From positions 48,202 to 112,201 of the IMG/VR virus record IMGVR_UViG_3300025759_000063: a DNA stretch of 64,000 nt. The stretch is one strand, 5' to 3'. A model generated the notes under the pieces. It saw nothing but the letters and a program-made list of their open reading frames with translations. It did no database searches and was not told the DNA's origin. Within the stretch, counting starts at the first letter, position 1; each line of letters opens with the position of its first letter. The stretch comes from a virus. This document shows positions 1-8,551 of the stretch, piece after piece. Made by a program: the position numbers and the translations under genes.

Positions 1-543
1 AGTATCAATTCCTCTATTTTCTAATATGAATCTTTGATTTAAATTATTTGCGTCTACTGTAAAGTTAGTTTTAAAAACAGTTCCTTCTATAACTTCAATT
101 GAATCAAAAACTGCAGTTCCATCTATTACTGGTACAGTAATATTATCTAAAATTGAAAATGTAAATACCAAATCTCCAAAATTTTCACTTCTACAAACAT
201 TTCCACTTTTTAATGTCACAAATTTTATAGTAGGATTGCTAATTGCTACTGAGAATGTAATGTTTGCTTTTGAGGATCTTCTTGACCTAGGAACATATCC
301 AATATTTCTTGCAAGAGAAACTATATTTTCCCTTAAAGTCGCACTATCAATAAAAACCTCATTACTTACCATATTAGCATTGTAAGAGGCAATATATGTA
401 TTATATGCTAACGTATCAATAATAATTGATAGATTTGAACCTTCAAAATCATAGTCAGTAAAATTTGAATTCGATTTTAGATAATCTCGAATTGATGTTT
501 TTATTTGATCGAAATCTAAATTTGTAAAGTTAACTAATGACAT
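1..543 (-). CDS. gp6: Baseplate wedge subunit gp6, 5' part (runs off the window)
   Basis: Manual translation from ATG at 543: MSLVNFTNLDFDQIKTSIRDYLKSNSNFTDYDFEGSNLSIIIDTLAYNTYIASYNANM...SATLRENIVSLARNIGYVPRS, a typical T4 gp6 N-terminus; overlaps the gp25 stop (TAATG). Confidence 0.9.
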   Translation of the reverse strand, partial: MSLVNFTNLDFDQIKTSIRDYLKSNSNFTDYDFEGSNLSIIIDTLAYNTYIASYNANMVSNEVFIDSATLRENIVSLARNIGYVPRSRRSSKANITFSVAISNPTIKFVTLKSGNVCRSENFGDLVFTFSILDNITVPVIDGTAVFDSIEVIEGTVFKTNFTVDANNLNQRFILENRGIDT

Positions 544-950
544 TATCGTACTGACTGTAGTGCAAAAGTAAGTTGTTGTGGTAACGCATCTATTCCAATA
601 ATATAATATCTAATAGTTACATTTAATTCATTTGCATCAATTTCTGAGGAGTTTATATCAACATTTATTAATTTTACTCTTGGTTCATAATTATTAATTG
701 TATTGGTAATTTCATCACGTAGTTCTAATTCAGTTATACTGCTAAGATTTTCAAAAAGACTTTTTGATAGATTAGAACCAAGATTTTGATTAAAAAATCT
801 TTCTCCACGTAAAGTCAATACTAGATTACGAATAGAGCGAGCAATAGATGTCTCGTTTCTAATATCAATGATATCAAATGTTATTGGATTCACCTGAAAA
901 GTCAGACTAATATCTTTAAATTGTTTACTGACTCGCTCTACTGGCATCAA
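543..950 (-). CDS. gp25: Baseplate wedge subunit gp25
   Basis: SIRNLVLTLRGERFF...LGS..LFE...ITNTINNYEPRVKL motif of the GPW/gp25 family; directly upstream of gp6. Confidence 0.92.
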   Translation of the reverse strand: MMPVERVSKQFKDISLTFQVNPITFDIIDIRNETSIARSIRNLVLTLRGERFFNQNLGSNLSKSLFENLSSITELELRDEITNTINNYEPRVKLINVDINSSEIDANELNVTIRYYIIGIDALPQQLTFALQSVR

Positions 951-974
951 TAGACTCTAATTCTATCTTATTTA

Positions 975-1226
975 TCACCCAAAAATAGGTTCTGTACCGT
1001 ATTCCCAGTCATCATAATCATTATCATTGCGAATTTTTTCATGAATTTCTTTCTGAACAGCAAAATCATGCTTTTTTGGTGTCATATTGTCATTATTAAT
1101 CTCACGAAGCATTTGTTTTTTTAAATCTCCAGGTGTTTTGCTCCAATAATCTGCAATTAATCCACTTGTACCCCACATTTCTCTCATATAACTTGAATCG
1201 CGGTCTGGATTGGGGTGAATTGCCAT
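975..1226 (-). CDS. Hypothetical cyanophage protein
   Basis: 83-aa ORF with AAGGAG RBS, co-oriented with neighbours. Confidence 0.7.
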   Translation of the reverse strand: MAIHPNPDRDSSYMREMWGTSGLIADYWSKTPGDLKKQMLREINNDNMTPKKHDFAVQKEIHEKIRNDNDYDDWEYGTEPIFG

Positions 1227-1285
1227 CTGTTTTCTCCTTTTATAGGTTGAACAGAACTTTTTAAGGGGTTGCTATCCCTTATTTT

Positions 1286-1942
1286 TTATTTATTTTCACG
1301 CTCTTGTGCTGTCTTCCAATGATATTCGTCTTCATTACCCATTCCAAGGCGCTCATAACTATTTTCAACTTGGTAATATTGTGTTGAAACCTTAAAATCA
1401 GGTATTTTTGGTTCTGTAGGTGTCAGACTGTTGTCAAAAATACGCAATCTGTTGTTTGGATAGAGTGCAAATTGACCATTATTCAGTTCAATGAGGTTAT
1501 GAGATTTGTGTTCAGCAGGATTTTCACTCGTAGCCCAATCAACATAGTCTGGATCATGATGATAATTATCGATTGTGCAAATATAAGTACCTTTTTGAAT
1601 GCCATAATCGCGAGTATAGCATTCAAAATCCATACTTCCAATAAATTTTTTATCAATACTCACTACACCATAATCCATACAATTCCAAAATTGTAAATTT
1701 GGTAGGTTTAAGTCTGGATCTGGAGTTTCTGGACGAGACAAAAAGGCACTAATTGGCAATTTGTCATACATTGCGGCATATTCTGGTAAATATGTCTCAA
1801 AATAAAAAGCGCGTCCAGGAATCGACTTTGCCGAAACCCAAACGCCCTTTACAAATTCACCGTGCCCACTCTGATGGTCTGTAAGATATTCTTTACGAAC
1901 CCATATTTCTTTTGATGGGAGGTTAGTGATAAGACAACTCAT
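1286..1942 (-). CDS. Conserved hypothetical phage protein
   Basis: 218-aa ORF, compact packing with neighbours. Confidence 0.75.
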   Translation of the reverse strand: MSCLITNLPSKEIWVRKEYLTDHQSGHGEFVKGVWVSAKSIPGRAFYFETYLPEYAAMYDKLPISAFLSRPETPDPDLNLPNLQFWNCMDYGVVSIDKKFIGSMDFECYTRDYGIQKGTYICTIDNYHHDPDYVDWATSENPAEHKSHNLIELNNGQFALYPNNRLRIFDNSLTPTEPKIPDFKVSTQYYQVENSYERLGMGNEDEYHWKTAQERENK

Positions 1943-1964
1943 TTTTTTTTAATGAATGTTTTAT

Positions 1965-2099
1965 TTAACCCCTACCCTGTCCGCGATACTTTTTCCTCTT
2001 TCCATTACGAGATGTTGCTGAAAGCAATGTGCGAGAAGAACGTCCTTGGCGAGTCTTTTTAGGTGCTCCTGGAACAAATGTAGTCTTATTATAAGCCAT
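1965..2099 (-). CDS. Small basic protein (44 aa, MAYNKTTFVPGAPKKTRQGRSS...KKYRGQGRG)
   Basis: Not in the ORF track; manual translation; fills the gap exactly, GGAG RBS upstream, Lys/Arg-rich. Confidence 0.7.
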   Translation of the reverse strand: MAYNKTTFVPGAPKKTRQGRSSRTLLSATSRNGKRKKYRGQGRG

Positions 2100-2115
2100 A
2101 AATTAAAATCTCCTA

Positions 2116-2892
2116 TCAAATTACACGAGTCTTTTCATGCCCAACACGAATTCGAGGATCGCACCAAATCTCAAATCCTTCTTCCTTTGCATCAAGACAG
2201 AATGAAACATCCTCTCCACACATATCTTGAACTGCACCAGATTCAAAGACTTGCATCTTAGGTGCAAACCATGGATACTCAAGATTCTCAAATACCCCGT
2301 TCTTAATTAATACCCAACCAAATCCTGTATAATCAACAGTAAATGGTTTACGACGCTTTGAAATACTCTCTACTGTTTCATGATTCATTACTCCACCATT
2401 GTTACGGAAATCTTCTTCCTCCAACCAATGTGCGACAGATGTTGTGCGTCCATCTTCTGTGGCATACCATCCAGCAGTAATTTCATGCTCTGTTCCATCC
2501 TCAGAAAGTGCAAGATCGCACAATTGCCAGAACTTGTTAGTGTCAAAGACAATATCCGAGTCAATCCAAAGTTGATAATCATATTTCAACTTTCCATCCC
2601 ATGGTACTTGCTTTGGACCTCTCAATACATTTGCTCCAAGACACTTGCAACGAGCAAAATTAACCATCGATGAATAATCTTGACTAATCTGAATACTCAT
2701 TCCATTCTGTACCATGTCAAAACATAATTGTACAAATGCTTTCAGAAAAATAAATGAACATCCACGACCAGGAAGACAGAATACAATTGACTTGCCTCGC
2801 ATCCGCTCCTTGATTGCTGTATAATCCCACTCCTCTCCTTCTGGTTTACTGGTAGTGGGTGCTTTTGCTTTTACTGTAAATCCTTTTGCCAT
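2116..2892 (-). CDS. GT-A fold glycosyltransferase-like protein
   Basis: LWIDSDIVF (DxD), VDYTGFGWVLIK, GEDVSFC, IRVGHEK motifs. Confidence 0.8.
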   Translation of the reverse strand: MAKGFTVKAKAPTTSKPEGEEWDYTAIKERMRGKSIVFCLPGRGCSFIFLKAFVQLCFDMVQNGMSIQISQDYSSMVNFARCKCLGANVLRGPKQVPWDGKLKYDYQLWIDSDIVFDTNKFWQLCDLALSEDGTEHEITAGWYATEDGRTTSVAHWLEEEDFRNNGGVMNHETVESISKRRKPFTVDYTGFGWVLIKNGVFENLEYPWFAPKMQVFESGAVQDMCGEDVSFCLDAKEEGFEIWCDPRIRVGHEKTRVI

Positions 2893-2915
2893 AATTGAAA
2901 TTAACTTTCAGTTCA

Positions 2916-2944
2916 ATTTTACTCCCTATTTAGGGTCTTGTCAA
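2916..2944 (-). promoter_or_regulatory. sigma70-type promoter TTGACA-17-TAAAAT with embedded late motif CTAAATA
   Basis: Consensus -35, 17-bp spacer, just upstream of the 2892 start. Confidence 0.7.
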
Positions 2945-3177
2945 TGTGACGAATTTAATTCTGCCATACGATTGACTGTGAGTTCCTCATATGATAGGTC
3001 ATCTACACAATACTCAGTCTTGAGTAGGCCTACCATATTATTCAGTGTCTTCCATGTAACACTGAACTCATCCTCACTGATAGAATGAAATATACACCTA
3101 TCCTTTGCATATATGTGATATACCTTGACTTGCTGGTTCATAAAAAATACCTGAAAATTTTTTTCTTTCAGTCTCAT
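2941..3177 (-). CDS. Hypothetical protein (true start may be the internal Met of MNQQVK)
   Basis: ORF track; co-oriented. Confidence 0.6.
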   Translation of the reverse strand: MRLKEKNFQVFFMNQQVKVYHIYAKDRCIFHSISEDEFSVTWKTLNNMVGLLKTEYCVDDLSYEELTVNRMAELNSSH

Positions 3178-3359
3178 TTCGATACTGCATTATATATCAC
3201 AATAATACAAAGTCCCAGTGCCGTAAACAAAGGAAATCGAAATACCTCGAAGAATCTCCCCGGATACCTTATTAACCACCCCGCAAAGATTACCTTCCAG
3301 AAATTCCAATACGGTCGGGGTTTTCTCATGTTTTTTTTCTCCGCGAAATTTTTTTTCAT
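3174..3359 (-). CDS. Small putative membrane protein
   Basis: Basic N-terminus plus hydrophobic C-terminal helix. Confidence 0.55.
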   Translation of the reverse strand: MKKNFAEKKNMRKPRPYWNFWKVIFAGWLIRYPGRFFEVFRFPLFTALGLCIIVIYNAVSK

Positions 3360-3524
3360 TCTTTATATCTCTCTCGCGTTTTGTCACCTCTGTAGGTTAG
3401 GGTAGTGAGGGGTTTTTATAACGGCAGGGCGCCGCGGCGGTATAAACGACCCGGCATAATAACTGCCGAATACGCATACGAATAAGACTGCCCTAAGTAT
3501 CAACGAAGGGCAGTACAGTAAGCA

Positions 3525-3776
3525 TCAGTAATCGAACACGTCTGTGTCTAGTTCGATAGCGTTCACTGCGGGGTCAGCATACCTTACCCCATCAGGAGTT
3601 GCTACAGTGTTTAACTCTTTGAGTACACTCAGAAAATCCTCATAAGAATCGCATTTCTGAGCGAGATTATAAAGAAACTCATCATTCTGTATCCAGAGAG
3701 AAACATTCCAGGTTTCGTAGTTAGTCCAACCGTTGTAGGTGGTATCTGTGAGATTAGTTTGGAAAGTAGCAGTCAT
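3525..3776 (-). CDS. Conserved phage hypothetical protein (YNGWTNYETWNVSLWI motif)
   Basis: Motif recurrent in phage early genes; downstream of motif copy 3819-3848. Confidence 0.75.
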   Translation of the reverse strand: MTATFQTNLTDTTYNGWTNYETWNVSLWIQNDEFLYNLAQKCDSYEDFLSVLKELNTVATPDGVRYADPAVNAIELDTDVFDY

Positions 3777-3825
3777 TTAGGAACGAATGAGAGGTTAATT
3801 TAGTGGGGTTGTGCCCCTTACACTA

Positions 3826-4026
3826 CTAGAACACTTTAAGGGGCTCAGTAACTGTTACCACTTCGGGGAACGTCCAACGGAACTCATAAAGTAGCTGCTC
3901 ATCACTAACACCTTCCAGATTTTCACGCATATAATCAGACAGTGCACATTCAAGGTCCGAAGGTGTCATTCCGTCGATAGTTGCCTCGACGAGAGCATCA
4001 ATCAAAATTTGACGATTAGCAAGCAT
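3826..4026 (-). CDS. Hypothetical early protein
   Basis: 66-aa acidic ORF; 3' end runs through a motif copy. Confidence 0.6.
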   Translation of the reverse strand: MLANRQILIDALVEATIDGMTPSDLECALSDYMRENLEGVSDEQLLYEFRWTFPEVVTVTEPLKVF

Positions 4027-4089
4027 TTGAGTTACTTAAGGGGAAACGATTTAAGACTGTGAGAGGCACCTAGAAGCGCCTCTAAGGTA

Positions 4090-4242
4090 TCAGAACTCCA
4101 CGGGGAGTAGGGTAGGACCATCGGCGGCATAATTACCCGATTCGCTACCCTCACCGTCGCTCACAAGTGCATTCAGAATCTCAAGAATTTGAGTGCCAGT
4201 GTTACCTTGACGCAGGGCGGAGAGCATCAGTGTCTTGGACAT
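4090..4242 (-). CDS. Hypothetical early protein (50 aa, MSKTLMLSALRQGNTGTQILEILNAL...)
   Basis: Manual translation; directly downstream of motif copy 4259-4288. Confidence 0.65.
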   Translation of the reverse strand: MSKTLMLSALRQGNTGTQILEILNALVSDGEGSESGNYAADGPTLLPVEF

Positions 4243-4298
4243 GTTTGAGTCGGTTGCTTACACTACTGCTACACTTTATGTGGCTCAGTAACTGTTAC

Positions 4299-4472
4299 TC
4301 ACCAACGGTCGGGTGTACTCAAGTCCTCAACATATGCCTCACACTTTTCCGCAGGTTCAAGCTTGAAGAGTTTCTCCCAATCAAGTTGATGAGGGTTAAA
4401 GTCTGCAAGTGCTTCAATCTCCAGAGTGATACGATAACGATGCTTCTGGGCCTGAAGATAACTGAGAGACAT
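4299..4472 (-). CDS. Hypothetical protein (57 aa, MSLSYLQAQKHRYRITLEIEALADFNPHQLDWEKLF...)
   Basis: Manual translation; AAGGAG RBS and sigma70 promoter upstream. Confidence 0.75.
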   Translation of the reverse strand: MSLSYLQAQKHRYRITLEIEALADFNPHQLDWEKLFKLEPAEKCEAYVEDLSTPDRW

Positions 4473-4499
4473 GATTCGCTCCTTTGTTGTGACTTGAGT

Positions 4500-4528
4500 A
4501 TTCTAGGATATCGGCGCCGAAATGTCAA
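4500..4528 (-). promoter_or_regulatory. sigma70 promoter TTGACA-17-TAGAAT
   Basis: Near-consensus hexamers with 17-bp spacer upstream of ORF 4299-4472. Confidence 0.8.
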
Positions 4529-4600
4529 GAATCGTCGGAGTATTTATCTGGCACGGTGACAATTTGCGGACCTTATGTGTGGGATTTTTGACCTTGTGGG

Positions 4601-4629
4601 TTGACAAAGTGCGGTCCTTATGTTATGCT
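4601..4629 (+). promoter_or_regulatory. Plus-strand sigma70 promoter TTGACA-17-TATGCT with extended -10 TG
   Basis: TTGACA 4601-4606, TATGCT 4624-4629; points into the non-coding repeats, no plus-strand ORF downstream. Confidence 0.7.
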
Positions 4630-4638
4630 CGCTAAGAT

Positions 4639-4775
4639 CACAAGGTCCTGAGGGCTTTATACACAAGACTTGGAGGGCTTTATACTCAAGGGCCCACAAG
4701 GTCCTGAGGGCTTTATACACAAGACTTGGAGGGCTTTATACTCAAGGGCCCACAAGGTCCTGAGGGCTTTATACA
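4639..4775. repeat. Exact 56-bp tandem repeat (~2.4 copies) containing five GAGGGCTTTATAC sub-repeats
   Basis: Units start at 4639, 4695 and 4751 (partial). Confidence 0.92.
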
Positions 4776-4800
4776 AGATTTCAAGAGCTTTTCAATGAGT

Positions 4801-4841
4801 TTTTCCACAATTATCAACACTTTTCCACAAGATGTGGAAAA
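4801..4841. promoter_or_regulatory. Cluster of DnaA-box-like 9-mers
   Basis: TTTTCCACA 4801-4809, TTATCAACA 4811-4819, TTTTCCACA 4821-4829, inverted TGTGGAAAA 4833-4841; followed by an AT-rich tract. Confidence 0.6.
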
Positions 4842-4891
4842 CTATAAAACTCTTAGCTATATTTTTTTAACCATTTATTAAATTAAAAACA

Positions 4892-4924
4892 TAAAAAAAA
4901 AAAAAAACACCCCTTGAGGGTGTT
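4892..4924 (-). terminator. Rho-independent terminator
   Basis: AACACCC-TCAAG-GGGTGTT hairpin followed by a long T run on the minus strand. Confidence 0.75.
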
Positions 4925-5075
4925 ACTTAGGTCTTATAATCTCCGAGGTAGTGTATAGTACATCAGAGAGAAATTGTCTCGTTGGTGGTGACTTTGCAAT
5001 CAACACAGAGACTAGAATAAGAATCAAAATCTTCACTTGGTTAGCATAGAAGTTTGCAGATCTTGTCTTATTCAT
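4923..5075 (-). CDS. Small putative membrane protein (50 aa)
   Basis: Manual translation MNKTRSANFYANQVKILILILVSVLIAKSPP...; hydrophobic stretch. Confidence 0.55.
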   Translation of the reverse strand: MNKTRSANFYANQVKILILILVSVLIAKSPPTRQFLSDVLYTTSEIIRPK

Positions 5076-5077
5076 TC

Positions 5078-5410
5078 TCAACCCAGACGCATCGAAGAGA
5101 AGAAAGGAACGGTAGTTAGTCCTTGAACAGTGTTCATCTTAAGAAACCATTCTCCTGCTTTTTGGAATACACGATCACCACATTCTCCGTGTGCTTGAAG
5201 AATAGCATTCAGGCGAGACTTAGTGGTATTGGATTGCCAACCACCATCAAATAAGCGAAGAAAAGTCTCACCAATCTCTGCAATCTTTTTACCATGAAGG
5301 AATACAATAGAGAGATCATTTTGCTCATCATAGGTAACAACAGTATTGGCACTTTTCCAATTCTCGTTGTTAGTGATGGCATCATTCATTTGCTTTTCGA
5401 TCTTACGCAT
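5078..5410 (-). CDS. Conserved phage hypothetical protein
   Basis: VFLHGKKIAEI...DGGWQSNTTKSRLNAIL motif; follows motif copy 5439-5468. Confidence 0.75.
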   Translation of the reverse strand: MRKIEKQMNDAITNNENWKSANTVVTYDEQNDLSIVFLHGKKIAEIGETFLRLFDGGWQSNTTKSRLNAILQAHGECGDRVFQKAGEWFLKMNTVQGLTTVPFFSSMRLG

Positions 5411-5474
5411 TTGGTTTTTTTGTTTGAGGTTTCTGTCTTACACTACTAGGACACTTTAAGTGGCTCAGTGAGCA

Positions 5475-5720
5475 TTAGGAAATCAAATCTTCTAGAATCT
5501 CATCACCATAGCAATCGACAATTTCTTCCTTTAATTGTTGCTCATCATAGTCATTCAGATTCTCCATGATAACATCATAGGCCATAATCATCAGAGTTTT
5601 AGTATCCATATCATCAACAATCATCTGGGCATAATTATCACGGAGATTGGAGAGTTGATCAGGAGTAAGAGGCATGATTTCAGATTTGAGGATTTCGGTG
5701 TAAAGATTAGAGTCAGACAT
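5475..5720 (-). CDS. Hypothetical acidic early protein
   Basis: ORF track; weakly resembles 3826-4026 (IVDDMD/TIDGMT...ENL..Y/V.DEQL). Confidence 0.6.
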   Translation of the reverse strand: MSDSNLYTEILKSEIMPLTPDQLSNLRDNYAQMIVDDMDTKTLMIMAYDVIMENLNDYDEQQLKEEIVDCYGDEILEDLIS

Positions 5721-5904
5721 TGGTCAGATCATTGATAGTGAGGACATGAACATCAGGAACAGATTCATCAAAATGTTCGGACCATTCTTGATACGATGCA
5801 ACAGCATCATCAAGACGATTCTCATCTGTCAGTTTCATCACTTGTGCATGAATATCATCAAGAATGAGTGCCAACATCTTGTCTTTTTGATTGTTGTTCA
5901 TCAT
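5713..5904 (-). CDS. Hypothetical protein
   Basis: ORF track; tight packing. Confidence 0.6.
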   Translation of the reverse strand: MMNNNQKDKMLALILDDIHAQVMKLTDENRLDDAVASYQEWSEHFDESVPDVHVLTINDLTNV

Positions 5905-5910
5905 CAGAAA

Positions 5911-6069
5911 TTAGAGAACTTGAAAGTCAGTGAAAATCTTAAGTTGTGTTGCAGTGAAGATTCTATCATCACTACATTTTGAATACTTTTCGCGTTCTAG
6001 ATCAACATAGGTTTCGAGTGCACTTTGTATTGCGCGATACTCATCATTTGACAATTCCAATTTCAGCAT
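5911..6069 (-). CDS. Hypothetical protein (likely start MLKLELS)
   Basis: Internal ATG avoids overlap with 6071-6298. Confidence 0.5.
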   Translation of the reverse strand: MLKLELSNDEYRAIQSALETYVDLEREKYSKCSDDRIFTATQLKIFTDFQVL

Positions 6070-6070
6070 A

Positions 6071-6298
6071 TCAATCAAAACGGGATGAAACATCTTTTCC
6101 TGGGTTTTCATAGAATGAAACAGTCTCTGTAATCTGCGAAACATCATATGTGAATTGAACCATCTTTCCATCCTTCAGAATACGATACTGAGTCAATTCT
6201 TTCCAGAATGGTTGACCATTATCATCCCAACTCTGACGCTTTTCTTTGACAGGAACAATCTCATAATCCTGATTCGTTTTTAATGAGGTGTAAATCAT
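6071..6298 (-). CDS. Hypothetical early protein
   Basis: Follows motif copy 6316-6345. Confidence 0.65.
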   Translation of the reverse strand: MIYTSLKTNQDYEIVPVKEKRQSWDDNGQPFWKELTQYRILKDGKMVQFTYDVSQITETVSFYENPGKDVSSRFD

Positions 6299-6341
6299 CT
6301 TTTTCGTTTGAACGTCTCACTACTAGGACACTTTAAGGGGC

Positions 6342-6683
6342 TCAGTAACCCTTACTCATCATGGAAAGTGCAGCATCCTGAGTGGTGCTATCTTGTGGCA
6401 GTTGTACTTTGCGAGCACAATCAATTGCATCAGCAAAGTTATCGAAACTACCGAAGTTCTTTTGATTGCCAACCCAGCAACCTTTGTACTCATAGATCAT
6501 TGCTTCGACAGAGAATACATCGACTTTGGTATCACGATTCACACCGTGCTTAATATAAACTTTTCCATCATTTCGAGTGTACTTATCAAAGGTGTTAGAC
6601 TTGAAAGTACGGGAGAAATCAGTCACAAACTCAGAGGTGAGATCAGTATTCTGAGCGAAGAGATTAGCAAAGTGAATTGTCAT
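6342..6683 (-). CDS. Hypothetical early protein
   Basis: Bracketed by two motif copies; its stop TGA lies inside the downstream copy. Confidence 0.7.
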   Translation of the reverse strand: MTIHFANLFAQNTDLTSEFVTDFSRTFKSNTFDKYTRNDGKVYIKHGVNRDTKVDVFSVEAMIYEYKGCWVGNQKNFGSFDNFADAIDCARKVQLPQDSTTQDAALSMMSKGY

Positions 6684-6740
6684 TTTTGAATTTCGTTTGA
6701 ACCTTACACTACTGGTACACTTTAAGTGGCTCAGTAGACA

Positions 6741-6983
6741 TTAGAGAGTGAACGTTTGCTCTACAATCACATCAAAATCTTCCGTCATTTTGACATAATT
6801 CCACTCACCAATATCCTCTCCTTCTTGATAACAATGAATCAGATCATTTGCATCAGTCTTGACATAACAACCATCATCAAAGTTATCCTCATCGAGAACA
6901 TAACCAGATGCAATCAGTGCTTCAGTAAAAGTCATTTTGTTGTGAAGATAAGTCTTAATCAGTGACATTTTTTCGTTATTCAT
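6741..6983 (-). CDS. Hypothetical protein (likely start MTFTEAL)
   Basis: ORF track. Confidence 0.6.
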   Translation of the reverse strand: MNNEKMSLIKTYLHNKMTFTEALIASGYVLDEDNFDDGCYVKTDANDLIHCYQEGEDIGEWNYVKMTEDFDVIVEQTFTL

Positions 6984-7375
6984 CGGAGATAAAGAAACCC
7001 ACCGTATTGATCACAAATAGTGGGATTCTCAGTGAGTTGCTCAACATAGAATCGAATACCCTTTGCAGGTGCTTTTACACTGGCAGGTTTGTAACATGCA
7101 CCAGTGTTATTCTCCACAAACATATATGCAGAGCGTCCATGTTTACGTTCACCACCAGAGACCAAATAAGTCATCAGTTTGATGTACTTACGACCGAAAT
7201 CTGCTTCGACTTGGTAATAAGTATCATGACCAGATTCGATGGCATTAACTTTCCATTGGTCATTCAATTGCTCAATCAGAGTATCAACAAGGAACTCAGA
7301 TTTGGTTTGATTCAGAATAGCAGACATTTTCTTTTGATTATAATTTAAGTGTTGAATTGTGCAATCAGCAGGCAC
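6980..7375 (-). CDS. Conserved phage hypothetical protein (likely start MSAILNQ)
   Basis: GRKYIKL...FVENNTGACYKPASVKAPAKGIRF motif common in phage early genes. Confidence 0.75.
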   Translation of the reverse strand: MPADCTIQHLNYNQKKMSAILNQTKSEFLVDTLIEQLNDQWKVNAIESGHDTYYQVEADFGRKYIKLMTYLVSGGERKHGRSAYMFVENNTGACYKPASVKAPAKGIRFYVEQLTENPTICDQYGGFLYLR

Positions 7376-7616
7376 AGGTAAGTGCAGAATTGAACAGTTG
7401 CGGTTCGGTGTGCATATCAGTCACAATGTAACCATAACCCTCAACACGGGAATCTACCTCATACTGGAAATCTTTCTTGGTAATGTAGCGAATAGATTGC
7501 TTGCAGTTAGAGAAAGTCAGAATCTTGAGAATATGACGATTGGAGATAGTTCCATCCGCATACTTTACGGGATAGAAATCAACAATCATGTTAGCATCTT
7601 TGGAAGTGAGTTGCAT
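7365..7616 (-). CDS. Hypothetical early protein
   Basis: AAGGAG RBS; follows motif copy 7640-7669. Confidence 0.7.
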   Translation of the reverse strand: MQLTSKDANMIVDFYPVKYADGTISNRHILKILTFSNCKQSIRYITKKDFQYEVDSRVEGYGYIVTDMHTEPQLFNSALTCAC

Positions 7617-7675
7617 TTTTCTCCTTTGGGTTTCTGTCTTACACTACTGGAACACTTTAAGGGGCTCAGTGAGCA

Positions 7676-7819
7676 CTACTTGAAAACTGCTGTGCATCCT
7701 ACAATCTTTGCCTTAGGATTACGTGCTAATGCAGTCTCACGCGCATCCTGATAGTTTACAGCTTCCACAATCTCTGAGAATACCTTACCTGCAACATACA
7801 AATCAACTTTAACTCTCAT
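7676..7819 (-). CDS. Small hypothetical protein (47 aa, MRVKVDLYVAGKVFSEIVEAVNYQDARETALARNP...)
   Basis: Manual translation; fills the gap. Confidence 0.65.
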   Translation of the reverse strand: MRVKVDLYVAGKVFSEIVEAVNYQDARETALARNPKAKIVGCTAVFK

Positions 7820-7828
7820 GTGCTTAAA

Positions 7829-8026
7829 TTATAGAGTTTGCCATGATTGTGCTTCCTTGACATCAGAATCATAATACTTCTGCATTATGCTGTCAATGAT
7901 AGGATACCACTCTTCATTAGAACTTGGATACCCACATTCTCTTGCTTCACGAAGAAACCTTAAAATGCAAGTTTCCTCATTAGGAGTAAGGTCAACGCGG
8001 TTCAAACTGTAAGTCCAGATGTTCAT
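7829..8026 (-). CDS. Hypothetical protein
   Basis: ORF track. Confidence 0.6.
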   Translation of the reverse strand: MNIWTYSLNRVDLTPNEETCILRFLREARECGYPSSNEEWYPIIDSIMQKYYDSDVKEAQSWQTL

Positions 8027-8029
8027 GAT

Positions 8030-8272
8030 TTAGACAGAAGGAGTAACAGAAACTTCTTTAATGTTTAGTCCACAGAGTTGATTGTAGACACGATTATTGA
8101 TAAGGTCACAAGCACGTTTTGCACTCGATTTCTCATACCAAACGGTCACACATCCGTCGTTGGTCTCAACTCGAACTCGATAGTTTTTCATACTTTTGGA
8201 ATTGAATGTGCTTTGTTGATGATTGTAACCCATTCGGTTGGGGGTGATAGTTTGTTGGAAACTTTCACCCAC
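8030..8272 (-). CDS. Hypothetical protein (likely start MKNYRVRV)
   Basis: ORF track. Confidence 0.55.
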   Translation of the reverse strand: MGESFQQTITPNRMGYNHQQSTFNSKSMKNYRVRVETNDGCVTVWYEKSSAKRACDLINNRVYNQLCGLNIKEVSVTPSV

Positions 8273-8307
8273 CGACCCTTAAACTTAACGATTGTGTATT
8301 TCATAAA

Positions 8308-8499
8308 TCACCACTCAGTTTGATGTGAACGATAATTCATCAGATAAGTTAGACAATCGTCTGCCTTTTTGAGTTCCTTTTCTTTCTGATACCTATCAGA
8401 GTGATATACACTCAAGCGGTCAACTTCTTTGAGAAGATTGAGTCGAAAGAAAGTGAACTCATCATCAGCAAAAAGTGTGCGGGGGTCTTGTGCTTTCAT
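8308..8499 (-). CDS. Hypothetical early protein
   Basis: Follows motif copy 8516-8545. Confidence 0.6.
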   Translation of the reverse strand: MKAQDPRTLFADDEFTFFRLNLLKEVDRLSVYHSDRYQKEKELKKADDCLTYLMNYRSHQTEW

Positions 8500-8551
8500 G
8501 TTTGAGTATGCTTCTTACACTACTGGGACACTTTAAGGGGCTCAGTAACTA

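Noticed and set aside
4319-4528. Track ORF MTFRRRYP...
   Set aside because: Its TTG start is the -35 hexamer of a promoter; the other-frame ORF 4299-4472 has the RBS
4639-4775. CRISPR mini-array
   Set aside because: Intervening sequences are themselves repeated identically (no unique spacers) and no cas genes are in the window
4892-4907. Long poly-A run as a phase-variation tract
   Set aside because: It is the U-tract of a terminator in non-coding DNA, and its length may be a sequencing artefact
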